A DNA stretch of 64,000 nucleotides, taken from assembly GCA_026395685.1 (NCBI GenBank), contig JAPLYG010000016.1, positions 65,035 through 129,034 of the forward strand, in the 5' to 3' direction. Shown piece after piece: positions 48,901 through 57,553 of the stretch. Positions within the stretch are counted from its first letter, which is position 1; every line of letters begins with the position of its first letter. The notes under the pieces were generated by a model. That model was not told the DNA's origin and did no database searches. It saw nothing but the letters and a program-made list of their open reading frames with translations. The stretch comes from Candidatus Parcubacteria bacterium (GTDB lineage Bacteria > Patescibacteriota > Patescibacteriia > CAIXNZ01). A program made the position numbers and the translations under genes.

Positions 48901-50653
48901 CAAAAGAATCAGCAAGCGAAGTATAAAGCCCACCATTAGCTTTTAAGGCATTTAAATCAGCGTCGGATAATGTAAAAACCAGTGTAGCTGGCCCTGTATA
49001 AGCAGCAGTTGAAGTTGCTAACGTTATTGAGGTACCTGCAGTCGCAGCATCCTGTAAAGTAAGCTGGGTTGCATCTACCACCTGCGTTGTATCCATGTTT
49101 TCAATAAATACTACGGTGAGTGTATGCACATTATCATTCATATCAATAACGGCGCTGATTGCCACCGGCGCCACATTATCAATATTGGCAAAATCGGGAA
49201 CAGTGGCTGTCGGAGCGCCTGATTGGGTATTGCCAGCATCGTCAGTTACTGTTTCATTGGCTGAAAAAGCTACATTATCATCATCGTCTGCAATAATTAA
49301 AACTGCACCCGGAGCTTGAGTAGCTGATAAGCCATAAGCTAACAAGTCCACTGTCCAGCTAGCTCCGTCTCCAATTGTTTCTGTACCTATCACATATGTA
49401 ATAGTATCGCCAATTGAAGCTATGCCATCACCACCCACATCAGTCAAGTTTATTGTGCCGGGAACTGTGACAATAGGTATTATATTATCCAATGAAATAG
49501 TTGTAGCATCAATAACATTAGTTGCTGTTGTAACCGCATTACCAGCATCATCAGTGTCTGTAACATTAAAAGCATAAGCTGCGTTATCAACCGCGCCAGG
49601 GGCAACTGTAACTGCCACAGTATTGGCTTGAGTTGCTGAAGCGCCTCCGCCCAAAGGACTTGCATCCCAGGTAATGACATCGGTATCCCCGACAGCACTT
49701 GTGGCATTAACATCGACCGCATCAGCTGCGACTATTCCGCCGTTTACTGCGGCTACACCGCCTACGCCATTATCGGTTGATATTGTTAAGCCTGATGTTG
49801 CCAAGATAGGCATTATATTATCCAATGAAATAGTTGTAGCATCAATAACATTAGTTGCTGTTGTAACCGCATTGCCTGCATTATCAGTGGCCGTAACATT
49901 AAAAGCATAAGCTGCGTTATCAACCGCGCCAGGGGCAACTGTAACTGCCACATTATTGGCTTGAGTTGCTGAAGCGCCACCGCCCAAAGGACTTGCATTC
50001 CAGGTAATGATATCTGTATCCCCTACGGTAACCGTAGCATTAACTTTTACCGCATCAGCTGCGACTATTCCGCCGTTTACTGCGGCTACGGCGGGAACGC
50101 CGTTATCGGTTGATATTGTTAAGCCTGATGTTGCCAAGATAGGAGCGATGGTATCTACAGCACTTGCCATTGAATTTGAATTTGCATTTGGACCTGGTAT
50201 ATCATCTGCATCAGCAGTAACCACATTAACCTGAGAAAGCGCGTTAGCCGCACCAACATCAATACCAGCACCACCAGCATTTGCAACTGGAAAATCAAGT
50301 CTCATTATGTCATGTAACCCTGCATTATCAGTAAGGCAAGACAAAGCAACGGCAGCACCGCCTCCATAGGCTGTTAAATTTGCGGTAGCAGTTGTTACCG
50401 CAGTACAACCGCCATCTGCATTGCTTACATCCAAGTCCACTCTGATCGTATCGCCAATATTAGTAATGCCGTTTACAGGAGAATCTGTTTGAAGAGTAAG
50501 CGTCACGCTAGTGATTGTAATACTTAAAGCTGCTGCTTCAACCTGTTCTTGCGGCAAATTCGTCCAAAAACCGACAGCTAAGCCCAGCATCATCAACCCC
50601 GCCACCGACAATGGCAGGATCCTGAATAATTGTTTTTTAACTTTTTGAGCCAT
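45944..50653 (-). CDS. Giant acidic surface protein with Ig-like repeats and basic C-terminal domain
   Basis: 1569 aa; signal/TM; D-x-AGN and DT.AP Ig motifs; DDGTNGD..DGLWT; poly-Gly linker; 111-aa internal duplication. Confidence 0.85.
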   Translation of the reverse strand: MAQKVKKQLFRILPLSVAGLMMLGLAVGFWTNLPQEQVEAAALSITITSVTLTLQTDSPVNGITNIGDTIRVDLDVSNADGGCTAVTTATANLTAYGGGAAVALSCLTDNAGLHDIMRLDFPVANAGGAGIDVGAANALSQVNVVTADADDIPGPNANSNSMASAVDTIAPILATSGLTISTDNGVPAVAAVNGGIVAADAVKVNATVTVGDTDIITWNASPLGGGASATQANNVAVTVAPGAVDNAAYAFNVTATDNAGNAVTTATNVIDATTISLDNIMPILATSGLTISTDNGVGGVAAVNGGIVAADAVDVNATSAVGDTDVITWDASPLGGGASATQANTVAVTVAPGAVDNAAYAFNVTDTDDAGNAVTTATNVIDATTISLDNIIPIVTVPGTINLTDVGGDGIASIGDTITYVIGTETIGDGASWTVDLLAYGLSATQAPGAVLIIADDDDNVAFSANETVTDDAGNTQSGAPTATVPDFANIDNVAPVAISAVIDMNDNVHTLTVVFIENMDTTQVVDATQLTLQDAATAGTSITLATSTAAYTGPATLVFTLSDADLNALKANGGLYTSLADSFVTITDGTLSNITDVAGNPMAAIVDGAGGQLTGYTADTTAPTVNAGSLMADESTCTGAGVCRLGDHILFTWDNTSAGDNPTGYNGDIASVIADLSPFGGNPAQVMYDDGTNGDVTTSDGLWTYDLLVAADDDEGTNTFDVTVTDNALVPNSTGPITSTDTAPVDNVEPILTFDSVYSDNAFDTTLAGVGKLVIVEFTPSETLLSQTVNFNNPAAGVVGAVDDGTGCDAVSGDLIWTACAPVTGTPPDTDAALADFTIDMTDSALNPASIASGTLGSSVTVDTTAPAITQIKALLQAGGNPVGVTNNWYYYAGQSIRFSVTSDQPLSALKACTQSLANDDRTDLCSVVGPNDFETGVPGTDYINFTNDLGANEYEFILPVATFGIPTLPGGYAMNLYLVDESGNVAFSTGSTDSFGAVFGINPVDLDPLLANPPSNTTDWSLITDFTDVPSLTFNANDGVNDLASITFINNVNLTDSATITALIDFGDNITINASDGSGTANVGINSAALADLDFAASISIMVPGGVQPGLVVYDNLGNISGYVSNTASGDGINDGTHILDNYAWDGTHLTFDTDGFSDFGADNTAPTALFSPANGATGVALSANVVITFDEPVNTGTFAYTLDNSTGISWDPTDTIATITHTAYAYNSTHTISVTVADDLVGNSLAAPLSATFTTTATLSGGGGGGGYTTPPVDATLPVGTSLVIAGGATQTSSQSVSLAIAATNAVQMAISNNADFSGGIWETYATSKTWTLSDNYGSKTVYAKFKNSTGSVSAALSDTINYVAVVTEEPVVTETPAVTIIDPSNLTSLLATYGLIENQSEEARYRILVLADAKEFGLTLTEAQLDAIVNFIVYGNSTATIKFGSGERRAIIRDYFETVVRADVVWSDIELMATGHKPIYRNLAKEQAQVGRVLATFKTMFGHAPNFKDAKDDLAWNTMMYRIRFARDLVKERLGILKFREMFGHSPVNPLAWSTVRAWGYIFAQ
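49478..50143. repeat. 333-bp tandem intragenic duplication
   Basis: Near-identical units 49478-49810 and 49811-50143. Confidence 0.9.
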
Positions 50654-51009
50654 ACATTTGAATTTAAGGTCTAATTTTTAATTATTAGTTTTTAATTTTA
50701 TATTTAATATATTAATAATTGATAAGGAAATAAAAAAATAGTGCCAACCCAAAACACTATTTCCTAAATAAAACATAAAGGAATTTATTATAACTCCAAT
50801 TATTCTTTCTAAATCTCTCCATTTCGCAAAAATTTTAATTTCTTACTTCTATTATAGCACAAAAATAGTTTGTACGGTACTTTTTTCCACAAGCAGAAGT
50901 AGCCATAATTTTTCATCTCCCAGGGAATCTTTAGTAAATATTTCGATTGACCTAATCCAGCACATATGCTAAATTTTATTTAAACCAAAGAATATAGGGG
51001 GACTTAAAA

Positions 51010-51591
51010 ATGGTACAAATTCTTGGTCTGAGGCATGGGGAAAAAGACGGCGATAAACTCACCATTAGCGGTGAAAATCAGGTCCTGGCAGCTGGCCATC
51101 GTTTATTATCTCAGGGATTTTGTTTTGACCGGCTTATTCATTCCGGAGCCAACCGCACCAGGCGATCATTAGAAATTCTGATTACTGCCATGAAGATCTT
51201 TCATTTGCCTTTGGAAGAAAATGAAAATTTCAGTTATAACGTTGGCAAAAATTTTCATGCCAGCCGTGAAGAATTCGCAGCTGAAATGGAAAAAATCCAG
51301 CAAGCCGGCGGTACCTTGGATATAGCGCTTAGGCTGAGCAAATATGCTCAGGAAGTACGCAGATATATTTATGGGTCAATCATTGACCTGGGCCGGGAGA
51401 TGGAAAGTAAAAGCCAAAAAAGCGCTCTGGTCTTTTCCCACTCCCCGTTGATTGTGACTGCCGCTCCTGTTCCCGAAGAAACTCCCTATGGACTGTATGA
51501 ATGCGACGGAATTCTCTACACTTATGAGCGCGGTAAAATCAAAAAATCGGAAATCATCAGAGCGCCGATACGAGGTAAAACTCTCTGGTAA
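51010..51591 (+). CDS. Histidine phosphatase superfamily protein
   Basis: LRHGE, HSGANRTRRS, VFSHSP; own promoter-like sequence, SD and terminator (51599-51630). Confidence 0.75.
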   Translation: MVQILGLRHGEKDGDKLTISGENQVLAAGHRLLSQGFCFDRLIHSGANRTRRSLEILITAMKIFHLPLEENENFSYNVGKNFHASREEFAAEMEKIQQAGGTLDIALRLSKYAQEVRRYIYGSIIDLGREMESKSQKSALVFSHSPLIVTAAPVPEETPYGLYECDGILYTYERGKIKKSEIIRAPIRGKTLW

Positions 51592-51695
51592 ACCACTCAA
51601 GGCCGCCCGCTTCTCGGGAGGCCTTTTTTATTTCTCAGGCAAAAACGCCCTCCGAAGCCTTTGCGAAGGAGGGGCGTTTTTGCCCAGGACTCCCC

Positions 51696-51724
51696 TTGCC
51701 AAGGTAATAAAATATTGCTATAAT
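51696..51724 (+). promoter_or_regulatory. Promoter for tRNA-Asp
   Basis: TTGCCA-17 bp-TATAAT with extended TG. Confidence 0.65.
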
Positions 51725-51795
51725 ATTCTCACAAGGTCTAAAAACCTTATTTTTAATTTATAAATATTCCTAAGTTTTAACTTTTGAATTAATTT

Positions 51796-51870
51796 GGAGT
51801 GGTAGCTCAGTTTGGTTAGAGCGCCGCCCTGTCACGGCGGAGGTCGCGGGTTCGAGCCCCGTCCACTCCG
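51796..51870 (+). tRNA. tRNA-Asp(GUC), CCA not encoded
   Basis: GGAGTGG/CCACTCC acceptor stem, D-arm agctcagtttggttagagc, anticodon loop ctGTCac, T-loop ggttcgagccc. Confidence 0.97.
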
Positions 51871-52618
51871 AACCAGAAGCACGCAATATCATTTTATTGC
51901 GTGTTTTCGTTTACCCCGTACCGAGCTTCGCTCTGGTACGGGGTTTGGTGAGGCTTCGGTTCGGAGTAGGCCAGTGCCGAACGAACTAGGATATTAAATT
52001 TAAAAATAAACGCCACTCCGAACCAGAAGCACGCAATATCATTTTATTGCGTGTTTTCGTTTACCCCGTACCGAGCTTCGCTCTGGTACGGGGTTTGGTG
52101 AGGCTTCGGTTCGGAGTAGGCCAGTGCCGAACGAACATAGTGAGTTCTGGTTCTGGCCACTCCGTTATTCTTTATCTCTGAGCTCCCTGCTATAATATGT
52201 ATATAATAATTATTATTATAAAATTTATGTACTTTGTTTATTACTTACAAAGCAAAATAAGGCCAACCCAATTTTACGTTGGCTATACAACAAAGTTAGA
52301 TATAAGGATTAGCGACCATAATAAGGGTTTATCCGCTTCAACAAAACCTTATCGACCTTGGGACTTAATTTTTTACGAAGCATATAAAGATAAAAAAGAT
52401 GCCAAAAGGCGTGAAAAGTACTTAAAGACGACCAAAGGACGTAAAGGCTTAAAGTTAATGTTGAGATATTCAATTCCAAAGTAAACGCCAATCCGAACCA
52501 GAAGCACGCAATATCATTTTATTGCGTGTTTTCGTTTACCCCGTACCGAGCTTCGCTCTGGTACGGGGTTTGGCGAGGCTAATGTTGAAATATTCAATAA
52601 TAAAATAAGTCCACTCTG
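51863..52618 (+). mobile_element. tRNA-Asp 3'-anchored repeat array (~150-bp units) containing a GIY-YIG gene
   Basis: Units start ccactccg/ccaatccg at 51863, 52013, 52488; further tRNA-end copies at 52157 and 52609-52618. Confidence 0.8.
52227..52484 (+). CDS. Small GIY-YIG nuclease (UPF0213/SLX1-like)
   Basis: YFVYYLQS, FYVGYT, RISDHNKG, TKPYRPWDLIFYEAY, AKRREKYLK; extended -10 tgctataat at 52188-52196. Confidence 0.9.
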   Translation: MYFVYYLQSKIRPTQFYVGYTTKLDIRISDHNKGLSASTKPYRPWDLIFYEAYKDKKDAKRREKYLKTTKGRKGLKLMLRYSIPK

Positions 52619-52717
52619 CTCCAACAAAAAGACAATCATTATCGGGTGTTTTCTTGTCTACAACAATTTAAAAAACCCCATTGATGTTATATCTCCGGGG
52701 TTGGTTGTGTCGGGGGA

Positions 52718-53023
52718 TTAGATCCCAAATCGGAGGTCTGAACCCATCTCCTCCAGCTCCTTATTTAAGCTGGGGATGTCGGTCTGCTTCCTCCATTTTT
52801 TCCAGTACGCTCGCTGCTCTTTTTCGGACATCATAAAGAAGTCTGATGGTTTGAGGCAGAAATTTTCTTCCCGCTCTTTGCGTTCCGCGGCTGCCGCTCG
52901 CCTCACATAGTGTTCGATCAACCGAAGCAAGGACACCACGCCCACTGCCTTTAAATAGACCTTTTGCTGGGCAAGTGTCATCTTACTGAACTCAAAAATT
53001 TTCAGAAACGATCCCTTCGCCAT
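52718..53023 (-). CDS. Small hypothetical protein
   Basis: SD aaggagg, TTGACA/TATAAT upstream, hairpin downstream. Confidence 0.65.
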   Translation of the reverse strand: MAKGSFLKIFEFSKMTLAQQKVYLKAVGVVSLLRLIEHYVRRAAAAERKEREENFCLKPSDFFMMSEKEQRAYWKKWRKQTDIPSLNKELEEMGSDLRFGI

Positions 53024-53180
53024 GGTATCCTCCTTTTTGAAGTGAGAGTAATTACTTTAGTATAAATACTAAAGCAATATTACATTATAGAATAATTATT
53101 TAATTTTGTCAAGCCAATACCGGACTAACAAAAAAAGCCCACTGCGATGCAGGGGCTTGGAATCTCATTTTCTTTAAATC

Positions 53181-53441
53181 TTATTTTGTGATCACGAATT
53201 TTTCTCGGCTTTGGGGCCAATCCTCAATAAAGGCAAAGAATTCTGACAACCGCAGATTAAAGATCTGCGCAAAGACAATCAGCTCGCTGATCTGCTGGGG
53301 CGAACCATACAGCTCCAGCATATAGATATCGTGCTCAGTCTTCTTCAGCTTTTCTGCCAGTTCAGCCATTGACCAGTTCTGCTGTTTCCTGAGGAATTTG
53401 ATGACCTGACGGACTTTCTTATTGTATTCGCAGAGCTCCAT
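53181..53441 (-). CDS. XRE-family helix-turn-helix protein
   Basis: IKFLRKQQNWSMAELAEKL..IYMLE; SD and promoter-like elements upstream. Confidence 0.8.
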   Translation of the reverse strand: MELCEYNKKVRQVIKFLRKQQNWSMAELAEKLKKTEHDIYMLELYGSPQQISELIVFAQIFNLRLSEFFAFIEDWPQSREKFVITK

Positions 53442-53552
53442 CGCTGTCTCCCTTCTTTCATTGAAACTTTGATACCAGCCTTTTAAATTATCACATTATG
53501 TTTAAAATGTCAATTGCCGCAAAAAGCACCCGATCTCTCAGGTGCCACCCTA

Positions 53553-53683
53553 TTAATCACCAAGCTTCAATAACCAATATTCAAACAAATTTTAAATTCT
53601 AATACCAAATTACTAAAAAAAATTAGGGTTTTGGAATTAGTTATTTATTATTGTTTGATGCTTGATTCTTGGTTATTGATTAT
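53553..53683. repeat. Family A fold-back element after pgi stop
   Basis: tcaataaccaatattcaaacaaat ... attgtttgatgcttgattcttggttattgattatt. Confidence 0.75.
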
Positions 53684-54978
53684 TCATTCAGCATCTTAAT
53701 CATCAGATTCTTGGAATCTTCCACCCCTGGCTGATTAAAAACATCAATGCCTAAAAGTTCTCCCAGATATACCGTGGCCAGTTCAAAAAACTGAAATAAC
53801 TGTCCCAAATAATATTCATTCATTTCCGGTAAAATCAAAGTCGCATTTGCCCGATGATTTTTCATTAAAGAATTAGCCACTGCCAGCTGTTCAATTTTTA
53901 AAAGCTGGTCAAAACTTTTTCCAGCCAGAAATTCCAAACCAAAATTCTTATATAACGGCAGTTTGAAATCAACTACCGGCTTTTCCGCGCGGATAAAAGT
54001 AAAAATCTTATCATTGGCGCCTTCATTATATAACTGCAGCTGAGAATGCTGATCCTTGGGTCCGGCTGAGGCAATAGGAGTAATACCAATGGAAACCAAC
54101 TTCCCTTTTAAATCATACTTTTTACCCAAACTCTCAGCCAAAAGCTGGCGATACCAGAAAGAAAACGAATTCAAAGCTTCCAAATAAGGCATTAAAACCG
54201 CAATATTTTGTTTTCTCTTTTTATAGCCTAAATAGTGCAGAGCAGCATAAATAAACGGTAAATTTTCCCGCCAATTATCATTCTTTGCCATTTTATCCAT
54301 TTCTCGCGCGCCACTTAATAACTTTTTAATATCTAAGCCAAGCCACGCTGCCGGCAATAAACCATTGACTGATAAGACTGAAAATCTACCGCCGCCGGGA
54401 TAATGAGCCAGCAAAGCATATCCTTCTTTTTTGCATATTTCCAACAGTTTCCCGCTTTTTTCATTAGTTGTGATTATAAAATGATCTTTATGTCTATTTA
54501 AACCAACTGCCTTTATGACCTTATCACGCAAATAAATAAAATTTGCCAGAGTTTCCAAGGTCTCCCCTGACTTTGAGACCACATAAAATAATGTTTTTTT
54601 AAGGGATATTTTTGCCAGTAGATTATTCAAAGAATTGGGATCAGTAGTATCTCCAATAAAAAATAAACGGTTATTGGGCATAACTAAGGCCCGGGCTAAA
54701 GCTTTGGCTCCCAAGTCTGAACCGCCGATACCGACTACTACCAAAGCATCGAATTTACCCTGCAGATTCTTCGCTATTTTTTCAATTATATCCGCACTAA
54801 TCAAATCATAGGGCAATTTTCTGAAACTAATTTCAGGTTCAGCTTCCTTCTTTGCCAACTTAGCATTAATCTTTTTCAAATTCTTGCCTAAAGCAACCAG
54901 TTCAGCCTGTTTAAATCCAAAACTAGCGACCTTAGCAGCGGACATGTTTGTGTAATTATATTTTATATTTTGTGACAT
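53680..54978 (-). CDS. pgi: Glucose-6-phosphate isomerase
   Basis: GIGGSDLG, SKSGETLET, GGRFSVLS, QLLAESLGK, DQHSQLQ, FNQPGVE. Confidence 0.95.
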   Translation of the reverse strand: MSQNIKYNYTNMSAAKVASFGFKQAELVALGKNLKKINAKLAKKEAEPEISFRKLPYDLISADIIEKIAKNLQGKFDALVVVGIGGSDLGAKALARALVMPNNRLFFIGDTTDPNSLNNLLAKISLKKTLFYVVSKSGETLETLANFIYLRDKVIKAVGLNRHKDHFIITTNEKSGKLLEICKKEGYALLAHYPGGGRFSVLSVNGLLPAAWLGLDIKKLLSGAREMDKMAKNDNWRENLPFIYAALHYLGYKKRKQNIAVLMPYLEALNSFSFWYRQLLAESLGKKYDLKGKLVSIGITPIASAGPKDQHSQLQLYNEGANDKIFTFIRAEKPVVDFKLPLYKNFGLEFLAGKSFDQLLKIEQLAVANSLMKNHRANATLILPEMNEYYLGQLFQFFELATVYLGELLGIDVFNQPGVEDSKNLMIKMLNE

Positions 54979-54986
54979 AGAAATAT

Positions 54987-55141
54987 TAGTTAAAGGTGTT
55001 TAGGTTAGGAGGCTGGTAAATTATGGTGTATAGTGCTTAGGTTAAGAGACTGCTAAGTGCCTAGTGTTGAGATAAAGTGCTTTATCTTACCTTACCAAAC
55101 CACCCTTCACTTACAGCGCCTTTGCCCATTTACTATTCACT
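54987..55141. repeat. Family B fold-back element upstream of pgi
   Basis: ggttaggaggctggtaaa ... cccttcacttacagcgcc..actattcac. Confidence 0.7.
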
Positions 55142-55231
55142 GCGTGACTAAATTATACCATATTCCCCTTACCAATTAAACTCTGGTCAAAAAAATGTTA
55201 TAATAAGGACAGCAAAACTAACCTTAAAACT

Positions 55232-55957
55232 ATGAGAAATTTTATTATCTTTCTTCTCGTTTTCTTAGCGGCCTTCTTTTTAATGCTGTTTTTATTGCCT
55301 GATAAATTTTTTATTTTTATTGTAATTTATCTGGCTTTAATCATTTCTGCAATCTGCCTTTTATACTATCTGGGACTTGCGCGCGGCCTTTTCGTCCTGT
55401 TTGCCATTATTGCCCTGCCCTTTATAATTGAATACGCACTTTCATTTCTGCCCTATAGTTTTTTAAAAGGCAATGTTATTAATTATTTATCCTGGCAAAA
55501 AATAGATTTTGCCATCAACTTGAATAATCTGTTTGCCGGCTTCAATATCCCGACGATTTTTATCTGTTCCCTGATTTTCAGCCAAAAAATTGTAGTTTAC
55601 TCTTTTATTAAAAGCGGCCATAAATTGCTGCAAAATATTATTGCTTCCCTGCTTATCGCCTTCACTTTTTTATATATTGATCCGCAAAAAATCGAATACG
55701 CTTCTGCCCTCAAATGGCTGATTATTGCCCTTATTGCCAATTACCTGATTCTCAAACTGATTAAATTTAAAACCGGCACTCCTGAAATATACAAAGAAAT
55801 GCCGATTATTATTTATCTTATTATTTATTTATCCAATTATACCATTACCAACAATTACTATTATCTGATTTTTACCGGCCTGCTGCTGATCTATTATTTA
55901 ATAACTCTCTGGAATGAACACAAAATAAAAATGGCTAACCAGTCTTTTTCTGCTTAA
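55232..55957 (+). CDS. Multi-pass membrane protein
   Basis: 241 aa, highly hydrophobic. Confidence 0.7.
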   Translation: MRNFIIFLLVFLAAFFLMLFLLPDKFFIFIVIYLALIISAICLLYYLGLARGLFVLFAIIALPFIIEYALSFLPYSFLKGNVINYLSWQKIDFAINLNNLFAGFNIPTIFICSLIFSQKIVVYSFIKSGHKLLQNIIASLLIAFTFLYIDPQKIEYASALKWLIIALIANYLILKLIKFKTGTPEIYKEMPIIIYLIIYLSNYTITNNYYYLIFTGLLLIYYLITLWNEHKIKMANQSFSA

Positions 55958-56783
55958 TTTTTATTTTAAAATATTGGATTAATTTATAGCCGAAAATTAT
56001 TAAACAGGCAATAATTATCATCCCACTCATAATCTGCGCCCAGCGAATACCCAGAACATACGGGCTGTAATCTGTGCGTAAAAATTCAGTCATAAACCGG
56101 CCAACCGAATAAAGGAAAAAATAAGCTAAGGTGATATTGCCCAAGCCCTGAACTTTTTCAGGGTTTTTGTATTTTTTCAGGCGTAAAATGTGCCAGCAGA
56201 ATAAGCTGATAAAAATTCCCAGATTATACAGACTTTCATATATAAATGTGGGGTGAAAATAAGCAGCTGTGATATAATTAGCCGGCCGAAATTCCGGCTG
56301 AATCGGGATTCCCCACGGTAAATTTGTGGGCAGGCCAAACAGTTCCTGATTAAAATAGTTGCCCCAGCGGCCAATTGCCATAGCTAAAGCCAAACTGACA
56401 ACCACTAAATCCAAAAGCAGCCAAAAAGATATTTTGTGCCGTTTCCCATAAATTATTAATACTATGATTCCGGCAATCATCGCGCCATGGATGGCCAATC
56501 CCCCTTCCCAAATTTTAAAAATATCCCACAAATTTTGAGAATAGTTTTGCCAGGCGTAAATGACATAATATAAACGATCGCCAATCAAGCCGAAAACAAT
56601 CACATAAAAAGCCAGGTTATAGATATCGTCTTTTTTTAGTCCGTATCTTTTAGCTAAGTAATACAAAGTTAAAAATCCCAGCAAAGCGCCGAGTGCGATT
56701 AACAAGCCATACCAGTGGATTTCCAAAAAACTAAACTTAAATAAAGTCGATTGAGGATTGAAGGTGTGCAAGAAATTAAGCAT
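55935..56783 (-). CDS. lgt: Prolipoprotein diacylglyceryl transferase
   Basis: IHWYG, GGLAIHG, IGRWGNYFNQELFG, HPTFIYES. Confidence 0.96.
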   Translation of the reverse strand: MLNFLHTFNPQSTLFKFSFLEIHWYGLLIALGALLGFLTLYYLAKRYGLKKDDIYNLAFYVIVFGLIGDRLYYVIYAWQNYSQNLWDIFKIWEGGLAIHGAMIAGIIVLIIYGKRHKISFWLLLDLVVVSLALAMAIGRWGNYFNQELFGLPTNLPWGIPIQPEFRPANYITAAYFHPTFIYESLYNLGIFISLFCWHILRLKKYKNPEKVQGLGNITLAYFFLYSVGRFMTEFLRTDYSPYVLGIRWAQIMSGMIIIACLIIFGYKLIQYFKIKIKQKKTG

Positions 56784-56915
56784 AAATATTGATTATTAAA
56801 ATGTAAGAACTTCAATTTAAATTATACGCGATTTTTTTAGTAAAAAAAAGAGAGGACCCATAAAGAGTCCCTCAGTTAGGTGGGCAAAGCACGATGGCTA
56901 TAGCCCAAAGTTTGT

Positions 56916-57137
56916 TTAATTGTCGCTTTTACGCGCATGTCTGAAGCTGTTGATACCCGACAGTGTCATCAGGCTCAGGCTGAGCCAGAAGGCCCATTTG
57001 GGCAAAATTGTCGGGATCATAGCATCCACGGACGGCGGAACCATCTGGTTAACCGCCAGAAACGCGCAGATGGCTGCGAAAATGAAAGTAATACCACCCC
57101 ACAGATCACCCTTTTCAGCATGAGATAAATTCTGCAT
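56916..57137 (-). CDS. Small two-TM protein
   Basis: SD aaggggg, TTGACT..TATAAT upstream, hairpin at ~56843-56873. Confidence 0.55.
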   Translation of the reverse strand: MQNLSHAEKGDLWGGITFIFAAICAFLAVNQMVPPSVDAMIPTILPKWAFWLSLSLMTLSGINSFRHARKSDN

Positions 57138-57307
57138 CAGCTTTCCCCCTTTTGAGCGTGGTTAAATGCGAAACTCTTTTCCAGCCTAATGACATTATAG
57201 CATATCTAAACGAAAAAGTCAAGAGATTTATCGGCTAATTTTAGCCCCGAGAAAGTATTTTTACAATATAAAAAGGGACGAGAATCGCCCCTAAAATATT
57301 CAAGATA

Positions 57308-57553
57308 TCACTGTACGATGATCACGGGATACTTGATGAAACAAATGATGGCTGAACCATCGTGAGGATCTGCCAGACAATGCACTAGGATCTGTTTTTT
57401 ACAGTTGGGGCAATCAAGCAGCCCTTCAGGGGTTTCACTGATCGGCGTGTTTATCTTGATTTCCGCCAAAACTTTTTCCTGGCAATGCGGGCATTGTTTT
57501 GAGACATAGGTATGAACGATTGCTCCAGAACCTTTGACGCCTTCCTTTGCCAT
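57308..57553 (-). CDS. Small zinc-ribbon protein
   Basis: CPHC and CPNC; SD aaggagg before ATG 57553. Confidence 0.6.
   Translation of the reverse strand: MAKEGVKGSGAIVHTYVSKQCPHCQEKVLAEIKINTPISETPEGLLDCPNCKKQILVHCLADPHDGSAIICFIKYPVIIVQ

Noticed and set aside
47343-50234. Plus-strand ORFs inside the giant gene (likewise 21283-22473 and 60814-63588)
   Set aside because: Antisense shadows of biased Thr/Ala/Gly codons
51812-51997. 61-aa ORF
   Set aside because: Reads through tRNA-Asp and the repeat unit
51863-52618. CRISPR array or prophage attL/attR
   Set aside because: Units exceed 100 bp, intervening pieces are nuclease-gene relics, and no cas, integrase or phage genes are present
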